In this document: one piece after another, positions 1-9,977 of the stretch
Layout of the letters: every line of letters starts with the position of its first letter
Numbering within the stretch: position 1 is the stretch's first letter
Assembly: GCA_038258875.1 (NCBI GenBank)
Contig: JBBSPK010000002.1
Coordinates: 5,237 to 69,236, forward strand
Source of the DNA: Chitinophagales bacterium
GTDB lineage: Bacteria > Bacteroidota > Bacteroidia > Chitinophagales > Chitinophagaceae
Direction of reading: 5' to 3'
Length of the DNA: 64,000 nt
The notes under the pieces: generated by a model
Database searches by the model: none
Told to the model about the DNA's origin: nothing
What the model saw: only the letters and a program-made list of their open reading frames with translations
Made by a program: the position numbers and the translations under genes

Positions 1-359
1 ATTTCCTCCATGTGATATTTTTCTGACAAGCGAAGAACGGCCTTGATTTTGTCCAATGCAGTTGTATAATGCTTTGATGAATTTGTATCGCTCATTGACT
101 GCATGAGCTTTGAAGCAGTAAGCATCGCAGAAACTTCATCCGGATTAAACATAACGGGTGGCAACTTATAACCCTCCATTAAACGATAGCCAATACCCGC
201 TTCACCAATTACCGGCACACCTGCTTCTTCCAGGGCATGTACATCACGATACACCGTGCGAAGGCTTATAGAAAACTTTTCGGCGATATCCCGCGCCTTC
301 ACTAAAGGTCTCGACTGGAGTTGTATGAGAATTGCTGCCAAGCGATCAATACGATTCAT
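1..359 (-). CDS. YafY-family HTH (probably WYL) transcriptional regulator, N-terminal part only (runs off window start)
   Basis: Not in ORF track; manual translation from ATG at 359: MNRIDRLAAILIQLQSRPLVKARDIAEKFSISLRTVYRDVHALEEAGVPVIGEAGIGYRLMEGYKLPPVMF, the typical HTH_11 start of YafY regulators. WYL domain would lie outside the window. Confidence 0.85.
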   Translation of the reverse strand, partial: MNRIDRLAAILIQLQSRPLVKARDIAEKFSISLRTVYRDVHALEEAGVPVIGEAGIGYRLMEGYKLPPVMFNPDEVSAMLTASKLMQSMSDTNSSKHYTTALDKIKAVLRLSEKYHMEE

Positions 360-364
360 AAACA

Positions 365-396
365 AATGACACTAATTATTACTGATTACACTAATT
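365..396. repeat. Dispersed ACACTAATT double repeat, copy 1
   Basis: AATGACACTAATT-N7-ATTACACTAATT; same unit at 16251-16281. Confidence 0.5.
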
Positions 397-443
397 ATTT
401 CCATTTATGTAAAATGATACTGCAAAGTAAAACAATCATAATG

Positions 444-956
444 TTATGAAAACTTTTCATCCCTTGATGCTCGCATCATTGCCGCATAGCCTTGTTTTCG
501 TGATAGCGCGGTAACTGCCAAGGCAATTCGCTTTGCTTTGGTTTCCTCTGTCTTCGCACTTTCAATCCATTTGCTAAAATAATTTCGATGGCTGCCAGGC
601 AATGAACTAAAAAATTCCAAAGCAGCGGGTTCATCTGCCAGACAAATCAAAAATGCTTTATCTATTTCAACCGTACGGGTATCTTCGGTAAGGCTTACTT
701 TAATAATGGCACCTTTTCTTTTCCCCAAAGCTTTACGCATTGACGCATCTATCGGAATTATAAAACTCCCGCCACCCATGGGCAAAAGGCTTTTACGGTC
801 AATTTTTAAATTGTCAAATGTGCCTTTTACACTAAATGATTTTTTAAAATCAGGTTTTATTTTGGATGCAATCTCTTGAGGTATTTCAATATAAGACCAA
901 CCCGTTTTTTCGCCTTGTTTGTCAAATTTTTTTATTACCGTATCAAAGTGAATCAT
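444..956 (-). CDS. DUF1905 + YdeI/OmpD-associated (OmdA) domain protein
   Basis: N-term GEKTGWSYIEIP...VKGTFD, C-term FSSLPGSHRNYFSKWIESAKTEETKAKRI. Confidence 0.8.
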   Translation of the reverse strand: MIHFDTVIKKFDKQGEKTGWSYIEIPQEIASKIKPDFKKSFSVKGTFDNLKIDRKSLLPMGGGSFIIPIDASMRKALGKRKGAIIKVSLTEDTRTVEIDKAFLICLADEPAALEFFSSLPGSHRNYFSKWIESAKTEETKAKRIALAVTALSRKQGYAAMMRASRDEKFS

Positions 957-1048
957 CCTTCAATTTATTAAATCAAAACATGACTTCAAAATTCATACAT
1001 AACTTTGCGGTGATAAAAATTTATTTAGGCTGATGATAAAAAGATGAC

Positions 1049-1768
1049 ATGACAAAGCTTTCAGTTAATATAAATAAAATCGCTACGCTTCGTAATTCCC
1101 GCGGAGGCAACAATCCTGATATTATAAAAGCTGCGATTGATATTCAAACTTTTGGAGCAGATGGAATAACGGTACATCCCCGCCCTGACGAAAGGCATAT
1201 TCGTTATGCAGATGTTTACGAGTTGAAAAAAGTCATCACAACTGAATTTAATATTGAAGGCAATCCTAAAGAACAAAAATTCGTTGACCTTGTTCTTGCC
1301 AACAAGCCAGAACAGGTAACTCTTGTGCCGGACGCTTTGGGACAGATTACCTCTGATCACGGATGGGATACAAAAAAAAATAAAGACTACTTGATTGAAA
1401 TAATTTCTGTTTTTAAAAGGGAGGGAAGCCGGGTTTCAATTTTTGTGGATCCGGATATTGAAATGGTTATCGGGGCAAAAGAAACCGGCACTGATAGAAT
1501 TGAATTATATACTGAAGGCTATGCTAAACAATTTGCAATGGGAAATAAACAAAAGGCAATTGAGTCTTATGTTATAGCAGCAAAAAAAGCCAATGAAGTT
1601 GAACTGGGAATTAATGCCGGCCACGACCTTGATCTTAATAACCTAAGATATTTTTCTCAAAATATTCCTGGCTTGCTTGAAGTATCCATCGGCCACGCAT
1701 TAATTACAGACGCTTTGTATTTTGGCCTGGAAAATGCGGTACAGTTATATAAAAGGCAGTTGATGTAA
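1049..1768 (+). CDS. pdxJ: Pyridoxine 5'-phosphate synthase
   Basis: LSVNINKIATLRNSRG, GITVHPRPDERHIR, IELYTE, NAGHDL, EVSIGHALI motifs; TAACTTTG -7 box at about 1000. Confidence 0.97.
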   Translation: MTKLSVNINKIATLRNSRGGNNPDIIKAAIDIQTFGADGITVHPRPDERHIRYADVYELKKVITTEFNIEGNPKEQKFVDLVLANKPEQVTLVPDALGQITSDHGWDTKKNKDYLIEIISVFKREGSRVSIFVDPDIEMVIGAKETGTDRIELYTEGYAKQFAMGNKQKAIESYVIAAKKANEVELGINAGHDLDLNNLRYFSQNIPGLLEVSIGHALITDALYFGLENAVQLYKRQLM

Positions 1769-1900
1769 TAGTGCAATGATTGATGTGATATAAAGGAAGA
1801 TGTACGGTTTGCTTTGTTGGATGTATTATGTAAAAAATAGGCGCACGGCTAAGTCGAAAAATTTAATTATTAGAATTTATAGATGATTCGTAAATCAATA

Positions 1901-2029
1901 GCCCCGATCCTTTAGGTCGGGGACAAAAAATGTTTTTTTTTCGGCTTTAGCCAAAATATATCAAATGTTTTTAACTGTTTGGCTAAAGCCTTTAAACCCT
2001 TTTATTTTACCCGACCTAAAGGACCGGGC
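1901..2029. repeat. Nested inverted-repeat (REP/BIME-like) element
   Basis: Outer arms TCCTTTAGGTCGGG / CCCGACCTAAAGGA (14 bp exact); inner arms GGCTTTAGCCAAA (1943-1955) / TTTGGCTAAAGCC (1978-1990). Confidence 0.8.
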
Positions 2030-2069
2030 AATAGAACCCTTATACCTGAATAACTGGTACGCTCTTTCC

Positions 2070-3095
2070 TTAACTATTATACCATTGCCAAAGAGAAGCT
2101 GATACTAAACCGATAGTATGGTTTTCAATTTCTTTAGAAAGCTCCATATAAGAGATTGCATGTTGTAACCTTTTAATAATTTGTTTGCTCATCCTTCGGG
2201 CATGGCTTGAATGCTCCAAAACGCTTGCTAAGCTATTTTCCGCAAAAGCATCACCGTCATGTTCAAATATTTCAGGGTATTCAACTATAGCTGGCAAAAA
2301 AAATAAATTCCATTGTTTTGCCTCTAGATCAATCCAGACATCCTTTGCATCATCAATCAGCCAATAACAACAGCCTACAGCTTTCCCTATTGAGCAGGCT
2401 TTTTTCATCAGTTTCTGATCATGTGCATCAGCCATACACGCAGTGTATTCGGCCATAACCCGGAAAGGCTCCACGGATTTAAGATAAAGCGCTCTGCTGA
2501 TTTTTTTGAGATTGGCCCCTGCGGACAATCGTTCCTTTGAAATAAAATTTTGTGCTTCAAATAGTCGTTTCATCACATAAAAAAACATATCTGTTTTATT
2601 GTATTCCTTTTTTTCATTACCAGACTTTTTCAGATCATTCAGTACACTTCCGGCTAATTTATCAAGTAATTCTTCAGCAGGGCTTAAATTACGGTTAAGG
2701 GTAGACGAAGTTTGAGTAAAAGGTTGAAATACCTGAAGCGAAGTAACATTTTGTAACCCATACAATTCATCGCATATGTAATCAAACAGGCTGATGCCCA
2801 AATTAAAACGTCCGCACCAGTCTGAAGTATGTTTTTTTAAAGCAGGAGAAACATAAAGCATGTCGGCAAAAATTTTACCCACTGCAACACCAAATCCATA
2901 AACGGCGTAAAGCTTTGTATGATCTATACCCAGGGAGATAGCAGGTGATTTTTTTATGAACCCATTTTCATCTTCGTATTGTTCCAGTAACGTGTAATAT
3001 TCATCGAGAAAATTATGGAGATCGGGTAACCCGGCATTTTTCCAGGTTTCAAAAAAAATACTTTGAAAATGGCTATGCCAATCCACTAAATGCAT
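2070..3095 (-). CDS. Class I isoprenoid synthase-fold protein (prenyltransferase/terpene synthase-like)
   Basis: Helical-looking protein with Asp-rich motifs SLFDYICDE and YWLIDDAKD (DDxxD), and LYLKS resembling the K[TS] motif between them. Confidence 0.6.
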   Translation of the reverse strand: MHLVDWHSHFQSIFFETWKNAGLPDLHNFLDEYYTLLEQYEDENGFIKKSPAISLGIDHTKLYAVYGFGVAVGKIFADMLYVSPALKKHTSDWCGRFNLGISLFDYICDELYGLQNVTSLQVFQPFTQTSSTLNRNLSPAEELLDKLAGSVLNDLKKSGNEKKEYNKTDMFFYVMKRLFEAQNFISKERLSAGANLKKISRALYLKSVEPFRVMAEYTACMADAHDQKLMKKACSIGKAVGCCYWLIDDAKDVWIDLEAKQWNLFFLPAIVEYPEIFEHDGDAFAENSLASVLEHSSHARRMSKQIIKRLQHAISYMELSKEIENHTIGLVSASLWQWYNS

Positions 3096-4206
3096 TGGTT
3101 TTTAGTTGGGGATCCTCAATATCATTTTCGATGTTTTTTAATTTAAAAACAGGCCACACTTCTAATGAATGATCCTGATTTTCAATTTTTCTCCAGCAAT
3201 CAAGTGCATGACATGCCATTGCAGTGGCAAATATTCCTTCCTTGTCTTCAATAAAAGAATTTCCGCCTCCACCAGCATTGTTCCATGATGCAACCTGGTT
3301 GGGATCAGTAACAAAGGGTGCGGGAATACGCAGAATAAAATTACCCGCCCAGCCTCCATTTTTATTTTGCGAAAGAAGTAATGCATTTGCACAGTTGGTT
3401 ATTTGCTGATGTAAATCCAGGTGTGATAAATTTATAAATGATTCCAATGCCAGCGCAGTAGTAAAAGGATTAGTATTTTCTGATGAACCAGGTACGAATC
3501 CTCCGTTTGCCAGTTGTTCAGCAACGAGTGCTTCAGCAATCTTCTTTGCTTCTTCCTGGGGTAGACGAAGTTTTAATCTGGTTAGCGCACGTAAAAATAG
3601 TGCTGTTGTATAAAATGGACTACGCCACCAGTAAGAATTTATAAACCCATTTGTTTGCATTCCCGATAACCAGCTTAATATTTCCGGCGCTCTTTCATTT
3701 TGTATATCTGCTAATACTGCCGCAATAGAAACATCGGCATGCGGAGAAGTCCAGCCTGCAATTGTTTCAAGGTTTGGCGCTGAAATAAATTCACGAATAC
3801 CAGATTCTATTTTATAAGTTGAAAGGCCACCGTTAGTAAAATGACTCCACAAAAAAACCTTCGCTTTTCCCAAGGCAACCTCTGTAAATTCGTTACTGGA
3901 TTCTAAAGCCATTAAACACCATGCTGTGGAATCTGCATCTGGCGGAACCTGTTGGCTATATGACCAACCTCCCGAAGGATGCTGTGATGCTAATAAAAAC
4001 TTTTGTGATTCTTTAATGGCATCCTTTTGTTCGCAAAGATGGTAGATATGAGCAAGTACAAACCCTGTTACCCATATATCAGATTCGCCCGCCAATGTTG
4101 GAAAACCCCGCCATCTATTATTTTCAATTAACGACAAAATATATTCTATCCCTTTATTAATTGCATTTTCTGCAACTTCTCTTTCGAATAAATTTCTTAT
4201 ATCCAT
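3073..4206 (-). CDS. Prenyltransferase/squalene-oxidase repeat protein (small class II terpene cyclase-like)
   Basis: QW-type repeats SQHPSGGWS, EQLANGGF, SQNKNGGWAG; PDADSTAW at the position of the DxDDTA motif; overlaps the next gene by 23 bp. Confidence 0.75.
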   Translation of the reverse strand: MDIRNLFEREVAENAINKGIEYILSLIENNRWRGFPTLAGESDIWVTGFVLAHIYHLCEQKDAIKESQKFLLASQHPSGGWSYSQQVPPDADSTAWCLMALESSNEFTEVALGKAKVFLWSHFTNGGLSTYKIESGIREFISAPNLETIAGWTSPHADVSIAAVLADIQNERAPEILSWLSGMQTNGFINSYWWRSPFYTTALFLRALTRLKLRLPQEEAKKIAEALVAEQLANGGFVPGSSENTNPFTTALALESFINLSHLDLHQQITNCANALLLSQNKNGGWAGNFILRIPAPFVTDPNQVASWNNAGGGGNSFIEDKEGIFATAMACHALDCWRKIENQDHSLEVWPVFKLKNIENDIEDPQLKTNAFSGLA

Positions 4207-4514
4207 TTTTTAAATAGCTTCTAACAATTCCATATCTCATTTGAGAATAAAAGTTTTTTGACCTTTAAAACTATTTCTCTACATTACACAAAGATTTGTA
4301 TCTACTAATAAGTTGACTACCCAAATCTAAAACCCTACAATAATAATTGGTTTTAAACTAAACCGTTCGAATGTAAACAATTTCGTTTGAAGGTTTGCAT
4401 CGTCAGTGGATATCCGCCATTAAATGATTTAGTAATTTATTCATTATATCAGACCTATTTTTACAACCATTATAAAACTCTTTAACACCTAATTTAAAAA
4501 CTAAAATTTAAACA

Positions 4515-4883
4515 ATGAGTCAAATAACAATTACAATCACTAAAGGTGATCCCGCAACAGGAATTTTAACGATGAGTCCGGATTCAGTTTATGTTGACCA
4601 GGGTGATATTGTTACCTGGGTAATAGCACCAAATTCCGGCGTATTAGCTTTTACATCCTTTCCTGAAAAACCAATGTCTTTCGATTTATTCAATCCTGAT
4701 CCTGCACAGCTTCCTAACTCTACAAGCTGGCAGGGCACAGTAAATCCGGCTATCGGGGACGGCGAGGAAGAAACGTATACCATAAATTGGACTACAGCGG
4801 GAACCGGTTGGCTGGGCAATGATGGAAAAGGAGTGCCAAAAACTTATGACCCCACAATAAAGATAAAGCCCAGCGGAAAATGA
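4515..4883 (+). CDS. Small beta-rich hypothetical protein (resembles DP-EP / PixA-AidA-like proteins)
   Basis: 122 aa, no signal peptide, VDQGDIVTW and C-terminal YDPTIKI; A-rich Bacteroidota-type translation start region. Confidence 0.55.
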   Translation: MSQITITITKGDPATGILTMSPDSVYVDQGDIVTWVIAPNSGVLAFTSFPEKPMSFDLFNPDPAQLPNSTSWQGTVNPAIGDGEEETYTINWTTAGTGWLGNDGKGVPKTYDPTIKIKPSGK

Positions 4884-4927
4884 TCTACCTAATAAAGAAG
4901 CATTAATAAATTTATAAAAATATTATT

Positions 4928-6706
4928 ATGCATTTTAAAAAGAAAGCCTATTACTTATTGATAGGCTTTTTTTTTATTATCCTTACTGGTTATGGTCAGG
5001 ATCAAAAAATAGCAGATAGTCTAAAGAAGATTTATCAAAACAATAAGCTTAAAGATTCAGCTAAATTAGAATTACTATTAAACCTATCATTTAACGAGGT
5101 AGATAACCTCAATTTATCTTTACAATATGCAGAAGAATTGATAAGCCTGTCTAAAAAACTGGGAAGCTATTCTTACTTGCACAACGGCTATTTCCTTAAG
5201 GGGGCTGCGCTAATGTCAAAGGGCAATTTAGAAAAGGCCTTGGATTCATATTTCAAAAGCGGGGAAGCAGCAAGGTCGGCAAATTCCATTCATGGAGAAG
5301 GAAATAGTTATGTGGCTATTGCTGATATTTATGCAAAATCAAAAAATCATCGCAATGCCAGGCTTTACTACAACAAAGCAATTGCCATTTTGCGTCAAAC
5401 GAATGATTCAGTAGCATTAGCCTCTGCAATCTTAAATTCCGGAGATGAATTTCTTAACAACAAAAATTATGATTCCGCTTTTTTATACTTCAAGGAATCA
5501 GAAAAAATTTTTGAAAAAGTTAGTTACTTAAGCGGCGAAGCTTACTGCCTGGGCAATCTTGGGATGGTATACGCCAATACAGGGAAAGATGAGCTTGCTG
5601 AAGCGAACATCAATGAAGCCATTCAGATACTGGAAGACACAGAAGACTATTATCCTATCTGCGTTTACCTTATCTCCATGAGTGATATTTACCTTAAAAA
5701 AGGAGACCAGCAAACGGCTATGAACTATGCAAAGCGAAGCTTACAACTTGCCGAACAATATGGGTTGAAAGAACAAATCAGTGATGCTAACAAAAAACTC
5801 TCTGAGCTGTATGAAAAAGCCGGAGACCATTACAAAGCTTTACAGCGTTACAAAAATTATATTTTATACCGCGATAGTGTTAATAATATTCAATCTGTAC
5901 AGAAGATGGCGGACCTACGTACTGATTTCGAAGTATCCCGTAAGCAGGTGGAAGTGGACCTGCTCAATCAGCAAAAACGTAATCAGCAAATAATGGTGAT
6001 TTCGCTGGTTATTATTTTAGGGTTGGCCTTTATCATTTTGGGCACTTTGTACTGGTATTACAAAACGATTTCAAGAGAGAAGAAACGATCAGAAAGTCTG
6101 CTGCTAAATATCTTACCAGCCGAGACAGCTGAAGAATTAAAACATAATGGCAAAGTGGAAGCGGTAAAATTTGGTGAGGTTACTGTATTGTTTACTGATT
6201 TTGTTTCTTTTTCAAAACTGGCAGAACATATAGAACCCGTACAGCTGGTAAAGAGTATCGATTTTTATTTTAAAGGGTTTGATGAAATTGCAACCAAATA
6301 TGGCCTGGAAAAAATTAAAACCATCGGTGATTCTTATATGTGTGCCTGCGGCCTGCCCACGGCTGATACAGCGCATGCAAGAAATTCTATCCTCGCTGCA
6401 AAAGAAATGAACGAACTGGTGAGCCGTGCTTTAACCGCAGCCGATGGCTTCAGTCATTTTGAAATAAGAATTGGAATACACAGCGGCCCCGTGGTAGCAG
6501 GTATTGTAGGTATTAAGAAATGGCAATATGATATCTGGGGTGATACCGTTAACATAGCTTCCCGAATGGAGTCCAAGTCAGAACCTGGGAGGATAAATTT
6601 ATCCGAGACCACCTATCTTAAAATAAAAGATGAATTTGTTTGTGAATACAGGGGAGAAATTGAAGTAAAAAATCGTGGCATGTTAAAGATGTACTTTCTT
6701 TCTTAA
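4928..6706 (+). CDS. Membrane-bound class III adenylate cyclase with N-terminal TPR sensor region
   Basis: Signal/TM at N-terminus, TPR repeats, TM helix IMVISLVIILGLAFIILG, cyclase motifs VLFTDF, KIKTIGDSYM, IGIHSGPVVAG, YDIWGDTVNIASRMES (Lys/Asp pair indicates ATP specificity). Confidence 0.92.
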   Translation: MHFKKKAYYLLIGFFFIILTGYGQDQKIADSLKKIYQNNKLKDSAKLELLLNLSFNEVDNLNLSLQYAEELISLSKKLGSYSYLHNGYFLKGAALMSKGNLEKALDSYFKSGEAARSANSIHGEGNSYVAIADIYAKSKNHRNARLYYNKAIAILRQTNDSVALASAILNSGDEFLNNKNYDSAFLYFKESEKIFEKVSYLSGEAYCLGNLGMVYANTGKDELAEANINEAIQILEDTEDYYPICVYLISMSDIYLKKGDQQTAMNYAKRSLQLAEQYGLKEQISDANKKLSELYEKAGDHYKALQRYKNYILYRDSVNNIQSVQKMADLRTDFEVSRKQVEVDLLNQQKRNQQIMVISLVIILGLAFIILGTLYWYYKTISREKKRSESLLLNILPAETAEELKHNGKVEAVKFGEVTVLFTDFVSFSKLAEHIEPVQLVKSIDFYFKGFDEIATKYGLEKIKTIGDSYMCACGLPTADTAHARNSILAAKEMNELVSRALTAADGFSHFEIRIGIHSGPVVAGIVGIKKWQYDIWGDTVNIASRMESKSEPGRINLSETTYLKIKDEFVCEYRGEIEVKNRGMLKMYFLS

Positions 6707-6812
6707 TGAACAGTCTCTAAACAATTGAAAGTAAATAAGTTGCCGGCTTATAAGATGACCAACTTTTACAGCACCAAAATAGTTCAAACTCTTGCCGGTA
6801 ATAAGAATTGGG

Positions 6813-7871
6813 CTACTTTAAAATCTCATTCAACTTATTATCCAAAACAGCTCCTTTTAAATTCTTTGCAATAATTTTTCCGTCGGGATCAATTAAAAGA
6901 TTTTGCGGTATACTGCGAATTTGAAAAAGAGCAGCCACTTCATTGTTCCAACCTTTCAAATCACTAACATGGCTCCAGTTAAGGCCGTCCATCTGTATGG
7001 CGCTAAGCCATGCTGGCTTAGCCTGGTCAAGAGATATGCTGAGAATCGTAAAATTTTTATCGTGAAATTTATTATAGGCCGCAACCACATTTGGATTTTC
7101 CATCCTGCAAGGCCTGCACCAGCTTGCCCAAAAATCAAGCAAGACATATTTACCCCTGAAAGATGAGACTTTAACAACGTTTCCTGCAGTATCTTTTTGT
7201 GAAAAATCCTGGATTACCGATCCTATTGGATTTATTTTTGATTCCTGTATTTGCTGGTTAACATATTGTCCAAGTTGGGTTGATTGTACCGGGGCAGGAA
7301 GGTGATTAAAGAAATTCTCAGCCCTGGTTCCATCCTGGTTTACCTGCATCAGGCGAATAATCGCAAGAGGAGCCACGTAAGATTCCGGATATTTTTTTAT
7401 AAACTCTTCACTTATTTTTTCAACATTATGCGCAGCATTCGCATCGTACGCCGCATCAGGAAGAAATATTTTTTCGTAAGGTTTAATTGCGGTAGTATAT
7501 TCTGCATACTGGTTTTGGGAAGGTGAGCCTGTAATTGAAAGTTTATCAATGGCACTTTTATCGCCGGTAATTTTTACATTACTGTTATCAAGAAACAAGG
7601 GTACTGCAGGCGGTTGATCGCCAAATATTAAAACTTTAAAACCGGGTTCCTGCATTTGCCCTTTAACAACAAATTTGCCATTCTCAATAGTTGTTTGCTT
7701 TTCCGGGGTATTAGTCTGCTCATTTAAAAAAGAAACAGAAGTACCATTTGCGAATCCTGAAATATTACCTGTAATCACAAAGCCTTTTTCAGAAGGAATT
7801 TCAGTTGTTTCTTTAGTTTGTGAATGTCCAAATAAAGGAAATGCCGCCAGTAGGATTAAAAATTTTTTCAT
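6813..7871 (-). CDS. TlpA-family disulfide reductase (DUF4369 + thioredoxin-like)
   Basis: Signal peptide; LLDFWASWCRPC; IPQNLLID. Confidence 0.9.
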   Translation of the reverse strand: MKKFLILLAAFPLFGHSQTKETTEIPSEKGFVITGNISGFANGTSVSFLNEQTNTPEKQTTIENGKFVVKGQMQEPGFKVLIFGDQPPAVPLFLDNSNVKITGDKSAIDKLSITGSPSQNQYAEYTTAIKPYEKIFLPDAAYDANAAHNVEKISEEFIKKYPESYVAPLAIIRLMQVNQDGTRAENFFNHLPAPVQSTQLGQYVNQQIQESKINPIGSVIQDFSQKDTAGNVVKVSSFRGKYVLLDFWASWCRPCRMENPNVVAAYNKFHDKNFTILSISLDQAKPAWLSAIQMDGLNWSHVSDLKGWNNEVAALFQIRSIPQNLLIDPDGKIIAKNLKGAVLDNKLNEILK

Positions 7872-7919
7872 AATTTTTTCTTGGAGAACAAATTTAATTT
7901 TTTTTGCACGAAAGTAATA

Positions 7920-8720
7920 TCATGTACCCGACGATCCCTGTAAAATTGAGTTAAGAAATTTTTGAGTATCCCTGCTTATATTAACGGAATTTCCGATGGC
8001 TTTGATATATGCAGTTCCAATAATTGCTCCTGCCGCATGTTTACATGCCTGTGAAAATGTCTCATGGTCCTTTATACCGAAGCCAACCATGATCTTATTT
8101 TTAAGATTCATACTACTAAGCCTTTGGAAATAACTTTCCTGTGCATCCAGATTTTTATTGGTTCCGGTAATAGATGAAGATGAAACAGCATATATAAAAC
8201 CTGAGCTTACACCATCAATTTTCCTGATTCTTTCTTCGCTTGTTTCAGGGGTTATTAAAAAAATAAACCGCAAATGAAATTTTTCAAAAATGGATTTGTA
8301 TTCGTTTTCATATTCATATAGAGGAAGGTCGGGTAGAATAATTCCATCGATACCGGCGTCATATGCATCGCTACAAAATTTTTCAATGCCATATTGCAAT
8401 ACCGGGTTAAGATAACCCATTAAAATCAATGGAAGTTTTTCCTCCCCGGCGGGAGCACTGTCGCGAAATTTATTTAATTGATCGAATAGTATTTTAATGG
8501 ACATCCCGTTATGCAAAGCTTTCATGCTGCTCGCTTGTATTACCGGGCCATCTGCCAAAGGATCACTATATGGCATTCCTATTTCCACCAGGTCAGCGCC
8601 ACATTTTTGCAATGCTGCAAGAATTTCCCCGGTATCATTTAGTTGTGGAAATCCCGCAGTAAAATAAATGCTCAGGATATTTTTATTTTTTTCTGAAAAT
8701 AATTTTTCAATTCGATTCAT
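7920..8720 (-). CDS. trpA: Tryptophan synthase alpha chain
   Basis: EIGMPYSDPLADGPVIQ, LMGYLNP, VGFGI. Confidence 0.97.
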   Translation of the reverse strand: MNRIEKLFSEKNKNILSIYFTAGFPQLNDTGEILAALQKCGADLVEIGMPYSDPLADGPVIQASSMKALHNGMSIKILFDQLNKFRDSAPAGEEKLPLILMGYLNPVLQYGIEKFCSDAYDAGIDGIILPDLPLYEYENEYKSIFEKFHLRFIFLITPETSEERIRKIDGVSSGFIYAVSSSSITGTNKNLDAQESYFQRLSSMNLKNKIMVGFGIKDHETFSQACKHAAGAIIGTAYIKAIGNSVNISRDTQKFLNSILQGSSGT

Positions 8721-8775
8721 CTGTCACCTATTTTCATTTAATGAGTTTTGGAAATTTACAAGTCGGCAGAAACCA

Positions 8776-9969
8776 TTACAATGTAATGTGCTTCATAAAT
8801 GTGTCCATATCCTTATCTCCTCTTCCGCTTAGATTTACAACAACAACATCATCCCTTTTAAAATCTATTTGGCTTAAAGCAAACAATGCATGGGCTGATT
8901 CTAATGCAGGAATAATACCTTCGAGTTTCGCAAGTTCAAATGCAGATGCAAGCGACTCGTCATCAGTTGCACTCATAAATCTCCCCCTGCCGCTTTTGAA
9001 TAAATGAGCATGCATAGGGCCAATACCGGGATAATCAAGGCCTGCTGAAATACTGTGTGGTTCAACAACCTGTCCATCTTCTGTTTGCATCACAAGGCTT
9101 TTACTTCCATGTAGAATGCCATTCGATCCCAATTGCGTTGTTGCAGCACTTCTGCCGCTTTTAATTCCTTCACCTGCAGCTTCCACCGCAATTAATTGTA
9201 CAGTTTTCTCGTTTAAAAAATAATAAAATGCACCGGCAGCATTGCTTCCTCCACCCACACATGCAATCACATAAGCCGGTAATTCATCACCCGTTTTTGC
9301 CTTTAGTTGAATTCTTATTTCTTTACTTATTATACTTTGAAACCTTGCAACCATATCGGGATAAGGATGTGGCCCCACCACGCTGCCGATTATATAATAC
9401 GTATCATCAGGATTGTTTATCCAATCGCGGATAGCTTCATTGGTAGCATCTTTCAGGGTTTTACTGCCGCTCACAGCGGGAATAACTGTAGCTCCCAGCA
9501 TTTTCATCCTGGCAACATTTGGCGCCTGACGTTCCATATCTTTTTCTCCCATAAACACAATGCACTCAACTCCTTTTAACGCACAAACTGTCGCGGTAGC
9601 CACACCATGCTGACCGGCTCCCGTTTCTGCAATAATTCTTTTTTTACCGAGTCTTTCTGCCAATAAAATCTGCCCGATTGTATTATTGATCTTGTGTGCA
9701 CCTGTGTGGCATAAATCTTCCCGCTTTAAAAATATTTTAGCTCCATATTTGTTGCTTAACCTTTCTGCAAAATATAATGGAGTAGGCCTGCCCACATAAT
9801 CTGTAAGAAGGGCATTGAATTCTTTTTGGAATTGTTCATCACCCATTATTTTCAAATAATTCTCTTGTAAATTCTGAACATTCCTATGCAACATTTCAGG
9901 AATGTATGCACCTCCAAACTGGCCGTAGTAGCCATTCTCATCAACTTCAAAAATTTGCTTCATTTCCAT
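8776..9969 (-). CDS. trpB: Tryptophan synthase beta chain
   Basis: [45 protein letters not shown]. Confidence 0.98.
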   Translation of the reverse strand: MEMKQIFEVDENGYYGQFGGAYIPEMLHRNVQNLQENYLKIMGDEQFQKEFNALLTDYVGRPTPLYFAERLSNKYGAKIFLKREDLCHTGAHKINNTIGQILLAERLGKKRIIAETGAGQHGVATATVCALKGVECIVFMGEKDMERQAPNVARMKMLGATVIPAVSGSKTLKDATNEAIRDWINNPDDTYYIIGSVVGPHPYPDMVARFQSIISKEIRIQLKAKTGDELPAYVIACVGGGSNAAGAFYYFLNEKTVQLIAVEAAGEGIKSGRSAATTQLGSNGILHGSKSLVMQTEDGQVVEPHSISAGLDYPGIGPMHAHLFKSGRGRFMSATDDESLASAFELAKLEGIIPALESAHALFALSQIDFKRDDVVVVNLSGRGDKDMDTFMKHITL

Positions 9970-9977
9970 TTACTAAT

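Noticed and set aside
4236-4252. TCTCATTTGAGAATAAA similar to TCTCTATTGAGAATAAA near 62856
   Set aside because: Short AT-rich match plausible by chance in this genome; no shared functional context
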